A model generated the notes under the pieces. It saw only the letters and a list, made by a program, of their open reading frames with translations, did not search any database and was not told where the DNA came from. Below, piece by piece: positions 1 through 7,746 of a stretch of DNA of 62,161 bases. The DNA comes from Thermoplasmata archaeon (GTDB lineage: Archaea; Thermoplasmatota; E2; JACPAO01; JAHFTW01): assembly GCA_034667745.1 (NCBI GenBank), contig JAXDQP010000052.1, positions 1 to 62,161 of the forward strand, given 5' to 3'. The translations under genes were made by a program, and so were the position numbers. Within the stretch, counting starts at the first letter, position 1; every line of letters begins with the position of its first letter.

Positions 1-69
1 GTCGGGCTCTGCGCCTCGCACGGCGCGCGTGGGTCCTGTCGAGGAGGCCGAACCTGCAAACGCAGGCGC

Positions 70-366
70 CTACCGCTGGTCCTGGCTCTCGCGCATGCGG
101 AGCGCGACCTGCTGGAGGATGGCTTGCTTGGCGCCCTTCTTCAGCACGAGCACGCGGCCGGAGGCCTCCATCGGCTGGCCGGGGTGCTTGGCGCGCTCCT
201 CGCGCTGCGGGTCGAGGCCCAGCTTGCGCGCGGCGGCCTCGACCCATGCGGAGTCGGGGCCCTTGACGGCGACCTTCTCGGGGACGCGGCGGCCCTGGCT
301 GCGGCTCAGGGAGCGGTCGAAGTAGCGGGGCCAGAGCGCGAAGCGGTCCGCGCCCTTGGAGACCAT
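70..366 (-). CDS. srp19: Signal recognition particle protein SRP19
   Basis: 98-aa ORF with ATG at 366. The N-terminal 'RFALWPRYFDRSLSRSQGRRVP' is the SRP19 signature region. It lies directly downstream of rps8e on the same strand. Confidence 0.85.
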   Translation of the reverse strand: MVSKGADRFALWPRYFDRSLSRSQGRRVPEKVAVKGPDSAWVEAAARKLGLDPQREERAKHPGQPMEASGRVLVLKKGAKQAILQQVALRMRESQDQR

Positions 367-379
367 GCGGCCCTCCGGG

Positions 380-760
380 TTAGGCGACCTTGATGCCCGA
401 CAGCGCGCCGGACTGGCCGGGGCGCGAGGTGATCTTGACCTTGCCCAGGTCGGTCTCGACGACGGCGCCCTTGGTGATGATGTTGCGGCGCACGTAGTGG
501 ATGTTCGCCGGGTTCTCGGTCACCGTCTTGATGGTGGCCTTCTGCACCTTGCCGGTCTTCTGGTCCATCGCCATGATGGTGTTGGTGGCCAGCAGCTTGA
601 CCTTCTGGTGGGCGCCGCGGGTGCGGATGAGCTTCTGGGTGTGCTCCGCCAGGCGGGTCTCGGCGTCCTCGGGGGCGACCTCGAAGCGGCGCTTCTTGCG
701 CGACAGGATCAGGCGGCCGCCGGACGGCTTGCGGATGGAGACACCTTGCCAGAGGGACAT
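380..760 (-). CDS. rps8e: 30S ribosomal protein S8e
   Basis: 126 aa. The N-terminus 'GVSIRKPSGGRLILSRKKRRFE' and overall layout are typical of S8e. ATG at 760. Confidence 0.9.
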   Translation of the reverse strand: MSLWQGVSIRKPSGGRLILSRKKRRFEVAPEDAETRLAEHTQKLIRTRGAHQKVKLLATNTIMAMDQKTGKVQKATIKTVTENPANIHYVRRNIITKGAVVETDLGKVKITSRPGQSGALSGIKVA

Positions 761-872
761 TTAGAGCACCGGGATGGCCGTGGCGACAGGGAAGGGGTAT
801 AAAGGGTTGGTGACGGGGCGGCGCGGCGGGCGCGTGTGGGGCCCCACCTGCACCCCGTTCGGGGTCGTTTTT

Positions 873-1712
873 ATGGCCGGTTTCGATGGGTTGCGCGTGG
901 CGAAGGACGCGGCGCCCGGGGGTTTCCTGGTGGCCATCGGCGGGAACGAGGACAAGCGCTCCGACAAGGAGGTCCTGCGGAAGATGGTGGACCTGCCGCG
1001 CGGCGGGGCCAAGCACATCGAGATCGTCCCCACGGCCTCCACCTACGCGCGCTCGCTGTCGGACGAGTACATCGACGTCTTCCGCGACCTCGGCGTCGAC
1101 AAGGTGGGCGTCATGGACATCCGCGACCGCCGCGACGCCGACCGCCAGGAGTACGTCGAGCGGGTGCGGGCGGCGGACGCCATCTACATGACGGGCGGCG
1201 ACCAGGTGCGCCTGACGAGCGTCATCGGCGGCAGCCCGCTGCTGGAGGCGATGCAGGAGCGCTACGACGGCGGCGGCATCGTGGCCGGCACGAGCGCGGG
1301 CGCGGCGGCGATGAGCAGCACCATGATTGCCGGCGGCGACGACGGCACGATGCGCAAGGGCAGCGTCCGCATGGCGCCCGGCCTGGGCTTCGTCAAGTCC
1401 TGCATCATCGACACGCACTTCCTGGACCGGGGCCGCGTCGGGCGCCTGCTGGAGGTCGTCGCCTCCAACCCCGGCCACGTCGGCTTGGGCGTGGGGGAGG
1501 ACACGGCGCTGCTGGTGCGCGACGGGCACCTCGTCGAGGTGGTGGGCTCCGGCATCGTGGTCGTCGTGGACGGCACCACCATGCGCTCCACCAACCTGCC
1601 CGCCATCGGCCCCGACGAGCCCATCGCCGTCGAGGGCATCCTGGTGCACACGCTGGCGCCGGGCTACCGCTTCGACCTCGCGGCCAAGAAGTACCTGGAG
1701 CCCAGCCGCTGA
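873..1712 (+). CDS. Cyanophycinase-like peptidase (S51 family)
   Basis: Motifs 'VAIGGNEDK', 'IYMTGGDQVRL', the Ser-nucleophile motif 'GTSAGAAAM' and 'IDTHFLDRGRVGRLL'. The ORF opens at 774, only 13 nt from the divergent rps8e start, so ATG 873 (or GTG 897) is the more likely start. Confidence 0.7.
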   Translation: MAGFDGLRVAKDAAPGGFLVAIGGNEDKRSDKEVLRKMVDLPRGGAKHIEIVPTASTYARSLSDEYIDVFRDLGVDKVGVMDIRDRRDADRQEYVERVRAADAIYMTGGDQVRLTSVIGGSPLLEAMQERYDGGGIVAGTSAGAAAMSSTMIAGGDDGTMRKGSVRMAPGLGFVKSCIIDTHFLDRGRVGRLLEVVASNPGHVGLGVGEDTALLVRDGHLVEVVGSGIVVVVDGTTMRSTNLPAIGPDEPIAVEGILVHTLAPGYRFDLAAKKYLEPSR

Positions 1713-1724
1713 CTGTTGGACGGC

Positions 1725-2129
1725 TCAGGCGGCGCGGGTGCGGGCGGCCGGCATGGCCACCTGCTTCCGGCTGGCCATCCCCGCGCCCAGCGTCACGAGG
1801 CCCAGGATGAGGTGCAGGATGTCGTCCGCGACGGCCACGTGCCAGGGGCCGACCGTGTTGACGAAGAAGCCGAGGACGCCGACCACGAGGTAGACGGCGC
1901 CGTACACGATGCTCAGGGTCGCCAGCAGCGCCTCGTCCTTCACCCCGTACGCGAGGCCCAGCGTCACGATGGCCAGCAGCCAGTGCAGCGCGTCCTCGCC
2001 CGCCTCGATGTGCATCGGGACCTTGTGCAGGAGGTCCACCGCTGCCTGCACGAGGCCCAGGAGGGCGACGGCGAGCAGGACGAAGCCGAGGATGGTGAGC
2101 CAGAGGCGGGCAGGCGACTTTGCAGCCAT
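1725..2129 (-). CDS. Small membrane protein, DUF4383-like
   Basis: 134 aa with about 4 hydrophobic helices. Two repeated His motifs ('DALHWLLAIVTLG', 'DILHLILGLVTLG') as I recall for DUF4383. High GC3. Confidence 0.6.
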   Translation of the reverse strand: MAAKSPARLWLTILGFVLLAVALLGLVQAAVDLLHKVPMHIEAGEDALHWLLAIVTLGLAYGVKDEALLATLSIVYGAVYLVVGVLGFFVNTVGPWHVAVADDILHLILGLVTLGAGMASRKQVAMPAARTRAA

Positions 2130-2244
2130 GGCGGCGGCAACCCTGGGCAGGCCATAAGCACTTAGGTGTGGCGTTTCGCATTGTGGGCACGGCGCGGGCG
2201 GCCCGTGCGGAACGGGTTTTTGCCGCCGCCGCCCATCCGGGGCC

Positions 2245-2457
2245 GTGCGCCGGAAGCGGGTCGCGTCCTCCTCGCTGGTCTCCGTCGGCTACGACGCCCG
2301 CCTGGAGCTGCTGGAGGTCGAGTTCGTGGGCGGCGCCGTCTACCAGTACGAGGGCGTCCCGCCGGAGCGCCACCGCAACCTGCTGCGCGCCGTGTCGCTT
2401 GGCCGCTACTTCAACCGGCACATCCGCGAGCGCTACACGACCGTCCACGTCGCCTAG
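2245..2457 (+). CDS. KTSC domain protein
   Basis: 70 aa. 'SVGYDARLELLEVEFVGGAVYQYEGVPPERHRNLLRAVSLGRYFNRHIR' fits the KTSC pattern. GTG start. The stop shares CTAG with the convergent gene. Confidence 0.6.
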   Translation: MRRKRVASSSLVSVGYDARLELLEVEFVGGAVYQYEGVPPERHRNLLRAVSLGRYFNRHIRERYTTVHVA

Positions 2458-3143
2458 TCGAGGTAGGCGGCGACGAGCTTCCCCTCGGCGCGCCGCAGCC
2501 GATAGCCCGTCGCGCTCGGTGATAGCCCAAGCCGTTGGGCGACCTCGCGGACGCCGGGCCCGCGCGGCACCTTGTAGTAGCCCAGGTCGTGCGCCGTCCG
2601 CAGCGTCTCCTCCTCGGCGGCGGTCAGCCGCGCGTAGCCCGCGTCGCGGGGCGGGCCCAGGTAGAGCAGCTCGAAGCGGGGGCCGCCGTCGCGCCGGGCC
2701 TCGCGCAGGAACTCCTGCAGGGGACGCCCTCCCCGCGCAAGGAGGCGGATGGTCAGGACGCCGTCGCGGGCGCGGTCGGTCAGCACCGTGTCGCGGCCCA
2801 GCAGGCGGAACGCGAGGCGGGTGTGGCTGACGCCGGGCACCAGCTCCGGGCGGTACTTGTACCAGAGAATCAGGCGGCGCGGCGTCTCTCCCAGGATGGC
2901 CTTCTCCACCAGGAACGGCGGCGCGTACGCCTCGAAGGCCTCCCGGATGGCGGCGACCTCCTCTGGGCGCCCCTGCACCGCGAGCGTCCGCCACACGTCG
3001 CCCTCGTCGTCCAGGTGCGTCACCGTGGTCTCGATGGTGGCGCGCGGCGCGGCCCGCGACAGGCGCAATGACAGCTGCGTCGGCACCGCATTGGGAGGCA
3101 GCGTCAGGCGGTAGATGGCTTCGCGCGACTCAACCCGAGCCAT
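2454..3143 (-). CDS. HTH_10 (bat-type) DNA-binding regulator
   Basis: The C-terminal 'LTAAEEETLRTAHDLGYYKVPRGPGVREVAQRLGLSPSATGYRLRRAEGKL' is the bat-type HTH signature. The ORF-track frame is open to 3782, but the coding-like part starts at ATG 3143. Confidence 0.7.
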   Translation of the reverse strand: MARVESREAIYRLTLPPNAVPTQLSLRLSRAAPRATIETTVTHLDDEGDVWRTLAVQGRPEEVAAIREAFEAYAPPFLVEKAILGETPRRLILWYKYRPELVPGVSHTRLAFRLLGRDTVLTDRARDGVLTIRLLARGGRPLQEFLREARRDGGPRFELLYLGPPRDAGYARLTAAEEETLRTAHDLGYYKVPRGPGVREVAQRLGLSPSATGYRLRRAEGKLVAAYLD

Positions 3144-3245
3144 GCGCCCCCGGAGGCAGACGCGGCACTTGGGGCTTCTGGGGCCTTGGCACCTGTGCGA
3201 AACAGCGTTATGTACGGCCGAAGGCTCGCCCGCGCGAGGCCCGTC

Positions 3246-3491
3246 ATGGTCACTGCGCAGGTCACCGTCCACTTGAAGCCCGGCATCTCCGACCCCGAGG
3301 GGCAGAACACCCTGAAGGCCCTGCATCTGCTCGGCTTCGACGGCGTGGCGGCGGCCCACACCACGCGCGTGTGGAACATCGAGCTGAAGACCAAGTCGAA
3401 GGAGAAGGCGCGGGAGGAAGTGGACCGCATGTGCCGCCGCCTGCTGACCAACCCGGTCATCCACGACTACACCGTCAAGGTCCTGGAGTAG
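3246..3491 (+). CDS. purS: Phosphoribosylformylglycinamidine synthase subunit PurS
   Basis: About 81 aa. 'VTVHLKPGISDPEGQNTLKALHLLGF...VIHDYTV' is typical of PurS. Its stop lies 1 nt before the purL ATG. Confidence 0.8.
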   Translation: MVTAQVTVHLKPGISDPEGQNTLKALHLLGFDGVAAAHTTRVWNIELKTKSKEKAREEVDRMCRRLLTNPVIHDYTVKVLE

Positions 3492-3492
3492 C

Positions 3493-6336
3493 ATGCACGC
3501 CGCCTCCATGCGCCGCACCAAGAACCCCAAGGTGACGGGCCGCGCCGCGAAGGACGCCAAGAAGGCGCTGCACGGCAAGGTCATCGCCGGCAAGGGCCGC
3601 ACCGCGACCCTCGCGGGTGGCCGACCCAAGGTCGCCGCCCAACTGCGCAGGAAGGTCGCCGCGAAGGCCGCCAAGGCAGCCCAGCCGACCGCGAAGCCCG
3701 CCGCGCAGGCCAAGCCGGCGCCCGCCAAGGAAGCCAAGGCCCCGGCGCCCGCGAAGGCTGCGCAGAAGGCGCCCAGCGCCAAGTCCGCGAAGGCCTACCC
3801 CAAGTGGGCGAAGGAGTCCACGCCGCAGCAGCTTGCGCAGCGCGCCGACGAGGTGCCGTTCCGCGCCCCCGACGTGAGCCCCGCCGCCCGCGCCCTCTAC
3901 AACCGCCTCGCCCCCAAGCAGGGCGAGCGGCACGGCAGCGGCCCCGCGTGGGAGCGCCACGTGCACAAGCGCGACACCTCGTTCCCGCTCAAGGAGTTCG
4001 ACCTCGGCGCGATGTCGGACGACGAGCTGGCCGCCTGCTCCAAGGCCCTCGGCATCCGCCTCTCGCTGCAGGAGATGAAGGACGCGCGCGCCTACTTCGC
4101 CGGCAAGGGCCGCAACCCCACCGACGTCGAGCTGGAGGCGCTCGGCCAGGCGTGGTCCGAGCACTGCTGCTACAAGTCCTCGAAGCCCGTCCTCAAGAAG
4201 AACGTCTACGGCATCGCGGAGGACAAAATCATCTGCCGCGAGGACGCCGGCGTGCTCCCCTTCGACGGCGACTGGTACTACAGCCCCAAGCTGGAGTCGC
4301 ACAACCACCCCAGCGCCATCGAGCCCTACGGCGGCGCCGCCACCGGCATCGGCGGCGTCATCCGCGACGTCGTCTGCATGGGCGCGCAGCCCGTCGCCCT
4401 CATCGACCCGCTCTTCTTCGGCCCCCTCGACACGCCCCTGGAGGCGCTCCCGGCGGGCGTGAAACACCCGCGCTTCCTGCTCTCGGGCGTCATCGAGGGC
4501 ATCCGCGACTACGGCAACCGCGTCGGCATCCCGACGGTGGCCGGCGGCATCACGTTCCACCCCGGCTACACCGGCAACTGCCTCGTCAACGTCGGCTGCG
4601 TCGGCGTGCTGCACAAGAGCCAGCTCACGCACTCGCGCGCCGGCGGCGTGGGCGACGTCTTCGTCTACCTCGGCAACCCGACGGGCCGCGACGGCATCCA
4701 CGGCGTTGCCTTCGCCAGCGAGGAACTGAGCGAGGCTTCCGAGGAGGCGAGCCGCAGTGCCGTCCAGGTGGGCGACGCCATCCTGAAGGAGCCGCTCATC
4801 CACGTGACGCTGGAGGTCATCCAGAAGAGGCTCGTCACAGGCTGCAAGGACTTCGGCGGCGGCGGCCTGAGCTGCGTCGCGGGCGAGCTGGCCTACGACG
4901 CCGGCTTCGGCTGCGAAATCCAACTTGACCAGGTGCCCCTCAAGGTTCCTGGCCTCGCGCCGTGGGAAATCTGGGTCAGCGAGTCGCAGGAGCGCATGAT
5001 GGTGACCGCGAGGCCGGAGCAGGTCGAGCGCATCCTTCAGGTCGCCCGCAAGTGGGACGTCCCCGCCGCCGTCGTGGGCAAGGTCATCGCCGAGCCCGTC
5101 AACCGCGTCCTCTACAAGGGCACCACCGTCCTCGAGTTCGACCTCGCGTTCAGCACCGGCGGCCCCGTCTACGACCGCCCGGTCGCCGCGCGCAAGGTGG
5201 ACCGCTCGGACTACCTCGGCTTCAAGGCGCCCGCCGACCTCGACAAGGTCCTGCTGTGGATGCTCGCGCACCCCAACGTCATGTCGAAGGAGTGGGTGGT
5301 GCGCCAGTACGACCACGAGGTGCGCGCCGGCACCGTCCTCAAGCCGTTCCAGGGCGTCATCGGCCACGAGGGCCCCGGCGACGCGGCGGTCATCAAGCCG
5401 GTGCCGCAGAGCGACAAGGCGCTCGCCATCAGCAGCGACGTCAACCCGAGCTACTGCATCCGCGACCCCTACTGGGGCGCCGCCTCCGCTGTTGACGAGA
5501 CGGTGCGCAACCTCGCCGCCGTCGGCGCGCGCATCAGCAGCATGTGCGACAACCTCAACTTCGGCAACCCCGAGAAGCCGGAGCGCATGTGGGAGCTGTA
5601 CGAGTCCACGCGCGGCCTCGGCGACATGGCGCGCGTCCTCGACGTGCCCTACAGCAGCGGCAACGTCAGCCTCTACAACGAAGGCCCGAGCGGCCCCATC
5701 CCGCCGACGCCCACGGTCATGGGCATCGGCATCCTCGACCACTACAGCCACGCCACGACGATGGACCTCAAGCAGGCCGGCAACAAGCTGTTCCTGCTTG
5801 GGCACACCTACCGCGACCTGGGCGGCAGCCTCTACCTGGAGAAGCTGGGCCTGGAGGGCGAGCGCGTCCCGCAGACCGACCCCGAGATCCTCAAGACGCT
5901 CGCCGACCTGCTGGTCACCGCCATCCAGAAGGGCCTGGTCCGCAGCGCGCACGATTGCTCCGAGGGTGGTATCGCCGTCGCCTTGGCCGAGATGGCCTTC
6001 GCCGGCAAGCTGGGCGCCCGCGCGGACCTCGCCGGCATCGGCGCGTTCGGCGACGAGGAGGACCTCAGCCAGAAGCCGATGCGCGCGGACCACAAGCTGT
6101 TCTCCGAGTCGAACTCGCGCTGGCTCCTCGAGGTCGAGCCCCGCAGCGTGCACGAGCTGCAGAAGCTGTTCGACAAGCCCGTCCTGCGCGACACGCTCTA
6201 CCCGCTCGGCGAGGTCACCGCGAAGGCGAACGTCACCATCGTGGACGGCAAGAAGGAACTCGTCTCCGTCAGCGCCGAGAAGTGCCGCGAGGCGTGGCGC
6301 ACCGCGCTGCCGAAGCTGATGGGGGTCGCCGCATGA
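3493..6336 (+). CDS. purL: Phosphoribosylformylglycinamidine synthase subunit PurL with an N-terminal Lys/Ala/Pro-rich extension
   Basis: 947 aa. The canonical PurL core starts around residue 172 ('LGAMSDDEL...WSEHCCYKSS...ESHNHPSAIEPYGGAATGIGGVIRD'). Residues 1-170 form an extra low-complexity basic region. Start confidence is lower than gene confidence. Confidence 0.9.
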   Translation: MHAASMRRTKNPKVTGRAAKDAKKALHGKVIAGKGRTATLAGGRPKVAAQLRRKVAAKAAKAAQPTAKPAAQAKPAPAKEAKAPAPAKAAQKAPSAKSAKAYPKWAKESTPQQLAQRADEVPFRAPDVSPAARALYNRLAPKQGERHGSGPAWERHVHKRDTSFPLKEFDLGAMSDDELAACSKALGIRLSLQEMKDARAYFAGKGRNPTDVELEALGQAWSEHCCYKSSKPVLKKNVYGIAEDKIICREDAGVLPFDGDWYYSPKLESHNHPSAIEPYGGAATGIGGVIRDVVCMGAQPVALIDPLFFGPLDTPLEALPAGVKHPRFLLSGVIEGIRDYGNRVGIPTVAGGITFHPGYTGNCLVNVGCVGVLHKSQLTHSRAGGVGDVFVYLGNPTGRDGIHGVAFASEELSEASEEASRSAVQVGDAILKEPLIHVTLEVIQKRLVTGCKDFGGGGLSCVAGELAYDAGFGCEIQLDQVPLKVPGLAPWEIWVSESQERMMVTARPEQVERILQVARKWDVPAAVVGKVIAEPVNRVLYKGTTVLEFDLAFSTGGPVYDRPVAARKVDRSDYLGFKAPADLDKVLLWMLAHPNVMSKEWVVRQYDHEVRAGTVLKPFQGVIGHEGPGDAAVIKPVPQSDKALAISSDVNPSYCIRDPYWGAASAVDETVRNLAAVGARISSMCDNLNFGNPEKPERMWELYESTRGLGDMARVLDVPYSSGNVSLYNEGPSGPIPPTPTVMGIGILDHYSHATTMDLKQAGNKLFLLGHTYRDLGGSLYLEKLGLEGERVPQTDPEILKTLADLLVTAIQKGLVRSAHDCSEGGIAVALAEMAFAGKLGARADLAGIGAFGDEEDLSQKPMRADHKLFSESNSRWLLEVEPRSVHELQKLFDKPVLRDTLYPLGEVTAKANVTIVDGKKELVSVSAEKCREAWRTALPKLMGVAA

Positions 6337-6344
6337 GCCAAGCC

Positions 6345-6414
6345 AAACAGGGATTTCGGGGATTCCGGGGAACCAACGTCCGGGGGCTCCCCGAACTCCC
6401 CGGACTCCCTGTTT
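6345..6414. repeat. Palindromic 9-nt-phased element (GGGGA flavour), purL-purQ spacer
   Basis: AAACAGGGA TTTCGGGGA TTCCGGGGA ACCAACG TCCGGGGGC TCCCCGAAC TCCCCGGAC TCCCTGTTT. Terminal inverted repeat AAACAGGGA/TCCCTGTTT. Confidence 0.8.
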
Positions 6415-6436
6415 CGTCGGCGGTGGAGGCGGGCGT

Positions 6437-7285
6437 ATGAACAAGCGCGACATCAAGTGGGCCGTCCTGCGCATCGAGGGCACCAACTCGGAGGACGAGT
6501 CCGCCCAGTGCATGCGCGACGTCGGCGTGCAGGCCGAGATCGTCCACCTCAAGCAGTTCACCGGCGACGACGTGGCGCGCGACGAGCGCCGCCGGCTCTC
6601 GGACTACGACGGCCTGTGGATTGCCGGCGGCTTCAGCGCTGGCGACTACATCCGCGCCGGCGCCATCCTCGCCGCCCGCATGAAGAGCCGCATGGCGCCG
6701 GAGCTCAAGGAGTTCATCAACGCCGGCAAGCCCATGCTCGGCGTCTGCAACGGCTTCCAGATCATGGTCGAGCTGGGCGTCCTGCCCGCCCTCGACAAGA
6801 AGACCGTGATGGCGCCCGACCCGACCGCGGCGCTGCACCTCAACGACTCGGGCCACTACGAGTGCCGCCCCAGCCTGCTGCGCCACGTGAGCGGCGGCAC
6901 CTGCCGGTTCACCACGCGCATCCCGAAGGGCGAGGTGCGCACCGTCACCACGAGCCACGCCGAGGGCAAGTTCCTGCTCCCCACCAAGGCGGACTACAAG
7001 CGCCTCAAGGACCAGGACCAAATCGTCTTCCAGTACACGGACCCCGAGGGCAGCAAGGAGCCCGCCTATCCGTGGCTCCCGAACGGGGCGCCGCACGCCA
7101 TCGCCGGCGTCTGCAACCCCGACGGCACGGTCTTCGGCATGATGCCGCACCCGGAGCGCGTCTTCTGGCGCCGCGGCCACCCCGACTGGACCCGCACCGG
7201 CCTCGACGTCGGCCTCGGGCACGACGTGGGCGACGGGCGCGCCATCTTCGAGAGCATCGTGGAGTACCAGGCCAAGAAGCTGTAG
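6437..7285 (+). CDS. purQ: Phosphoribosylformylglycinamidine synthase subunit PurQ (glutaminase)
   Basis: 282 aa. 'GVCNGFQIMVELGVLP' carries the catalytic Cys, and 'MMPHPER' is present. Follows purL. Confidence 0.9.
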   Translation: MNKRDIKWAVLRIEGTNSEDESAQCMRDVGVQAEIVHLKQFTGDDVARDERRRLSDYDGLWIAGGFSAGDYIRAGAILAARMKSRMAPELKEFINAGKPMLGVCNGFQIMVELGVLPALDKKTVMAPDPTAALHLNDSGHYECRPSLLRHVSGGTCRFTTRIPKGEVRTVTTSHAEGKFLLPTKADYKRLKDQDQIVFQYTDPEGSKEPAYPWLPNGAPHAIAGVCNPDGTVFGMMPHPERVFWRRGHPDWTRTGLDVGLGHDVGDGRAIFESIVEYQAKKL

Positions 7286-7388
7286 TCACGCAGCGGCGGG
7301 CGACGCCGCGGCGCTGGTGCAGGCGCTGGCCTGTGCGAATCCACCGTGCCGTGGCGCTGGATGAAGCGTTGCGGGGGAATGGGATGGC

Positions 7389-7715
7389 ATGGACCCTGCC
7401 CGGATCCGCTACGCCCGCCCCTCGGCCGCCACCAAGGTCATCGTCCCCGTCCGCTACACCGCCTGGCTCACCGGCGACCTCGGCCGCACCCTGGAGCGCA
7501 CCCTCCAGTCCGCCGTGGCAGCCTACACCGAGGCGCGCGTCAGCCGCCTGCCGCGCGGCTTCCTCGTGGAGTCGCCCGAGGCGCCGGGGCCGCTGCTGGA
7601 GGCGGTCCACCACGCGGCGCTGGAGATGGAGGCGGGCGTGGAGGCCGCGTACCCGGTGTTCCACCACGAGATGGGGCCGGTCTGGACCGGGACGCTCCAG
7701 TCCGTGTTCGCCTAA
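7389..7715 (+). CDS. Hypothetical protein
   Basis: 108 aa. Near-uniform G/C at third codon positions and a TAA stop. I recognise no family. Confidence 0.5.
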   Translation: MDPARIRYARPSAATKVIVPVRYTAWLTGDLGRTLERTLQSAVAAYTEARVSRLPRGFLVESPEAPGPLLEAVHHAALEMEAGVEAAYPVFHHEMGPVWTGTLQSVFA

Positions 7716-7746
7716 AGCCCAAAGACGGGGGCGCCCATTGCGCCGC

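Noticed and set aside
774-872. ATG 774 as the start of the cyanophycinase-like gene.
   Set aside because: It would leave only 13 nt to the divergent rps8e start, and the first 33 residues ('MAVATGKGYKGLVTGRRGGRVWGPTCTPFGVVF') are not family-like. TATA-like boxes lie inside this stretch. ATG 873 or GTG 897 fit better.
6345-6414. Whether the short tandem repeats could be a CRISPR array or a degenerate one.
   Set aside because: The units are only 8-9 nt with no unique spacers between them, there are at most 3-5 units per arm, they are arranged as inverted arms, and no cas genes are present.
3475-6561. Other very long ORFs antisense to or out of frame with recognised genes. Examples: 3475-6561(-), 33136-36216(-), 20775-23825(-), 58938-61718(+), 16625-18712(-), 33216-36047(+) and 28631-30490(-).
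   Set aside because: The same explanation applies: GC-rich shadow frames. Their translations are Arg/Pro/Gly/Ala-rich strings with no domain signatures, and each overlaps a gene with strong family motifs and proper GC3 bias.
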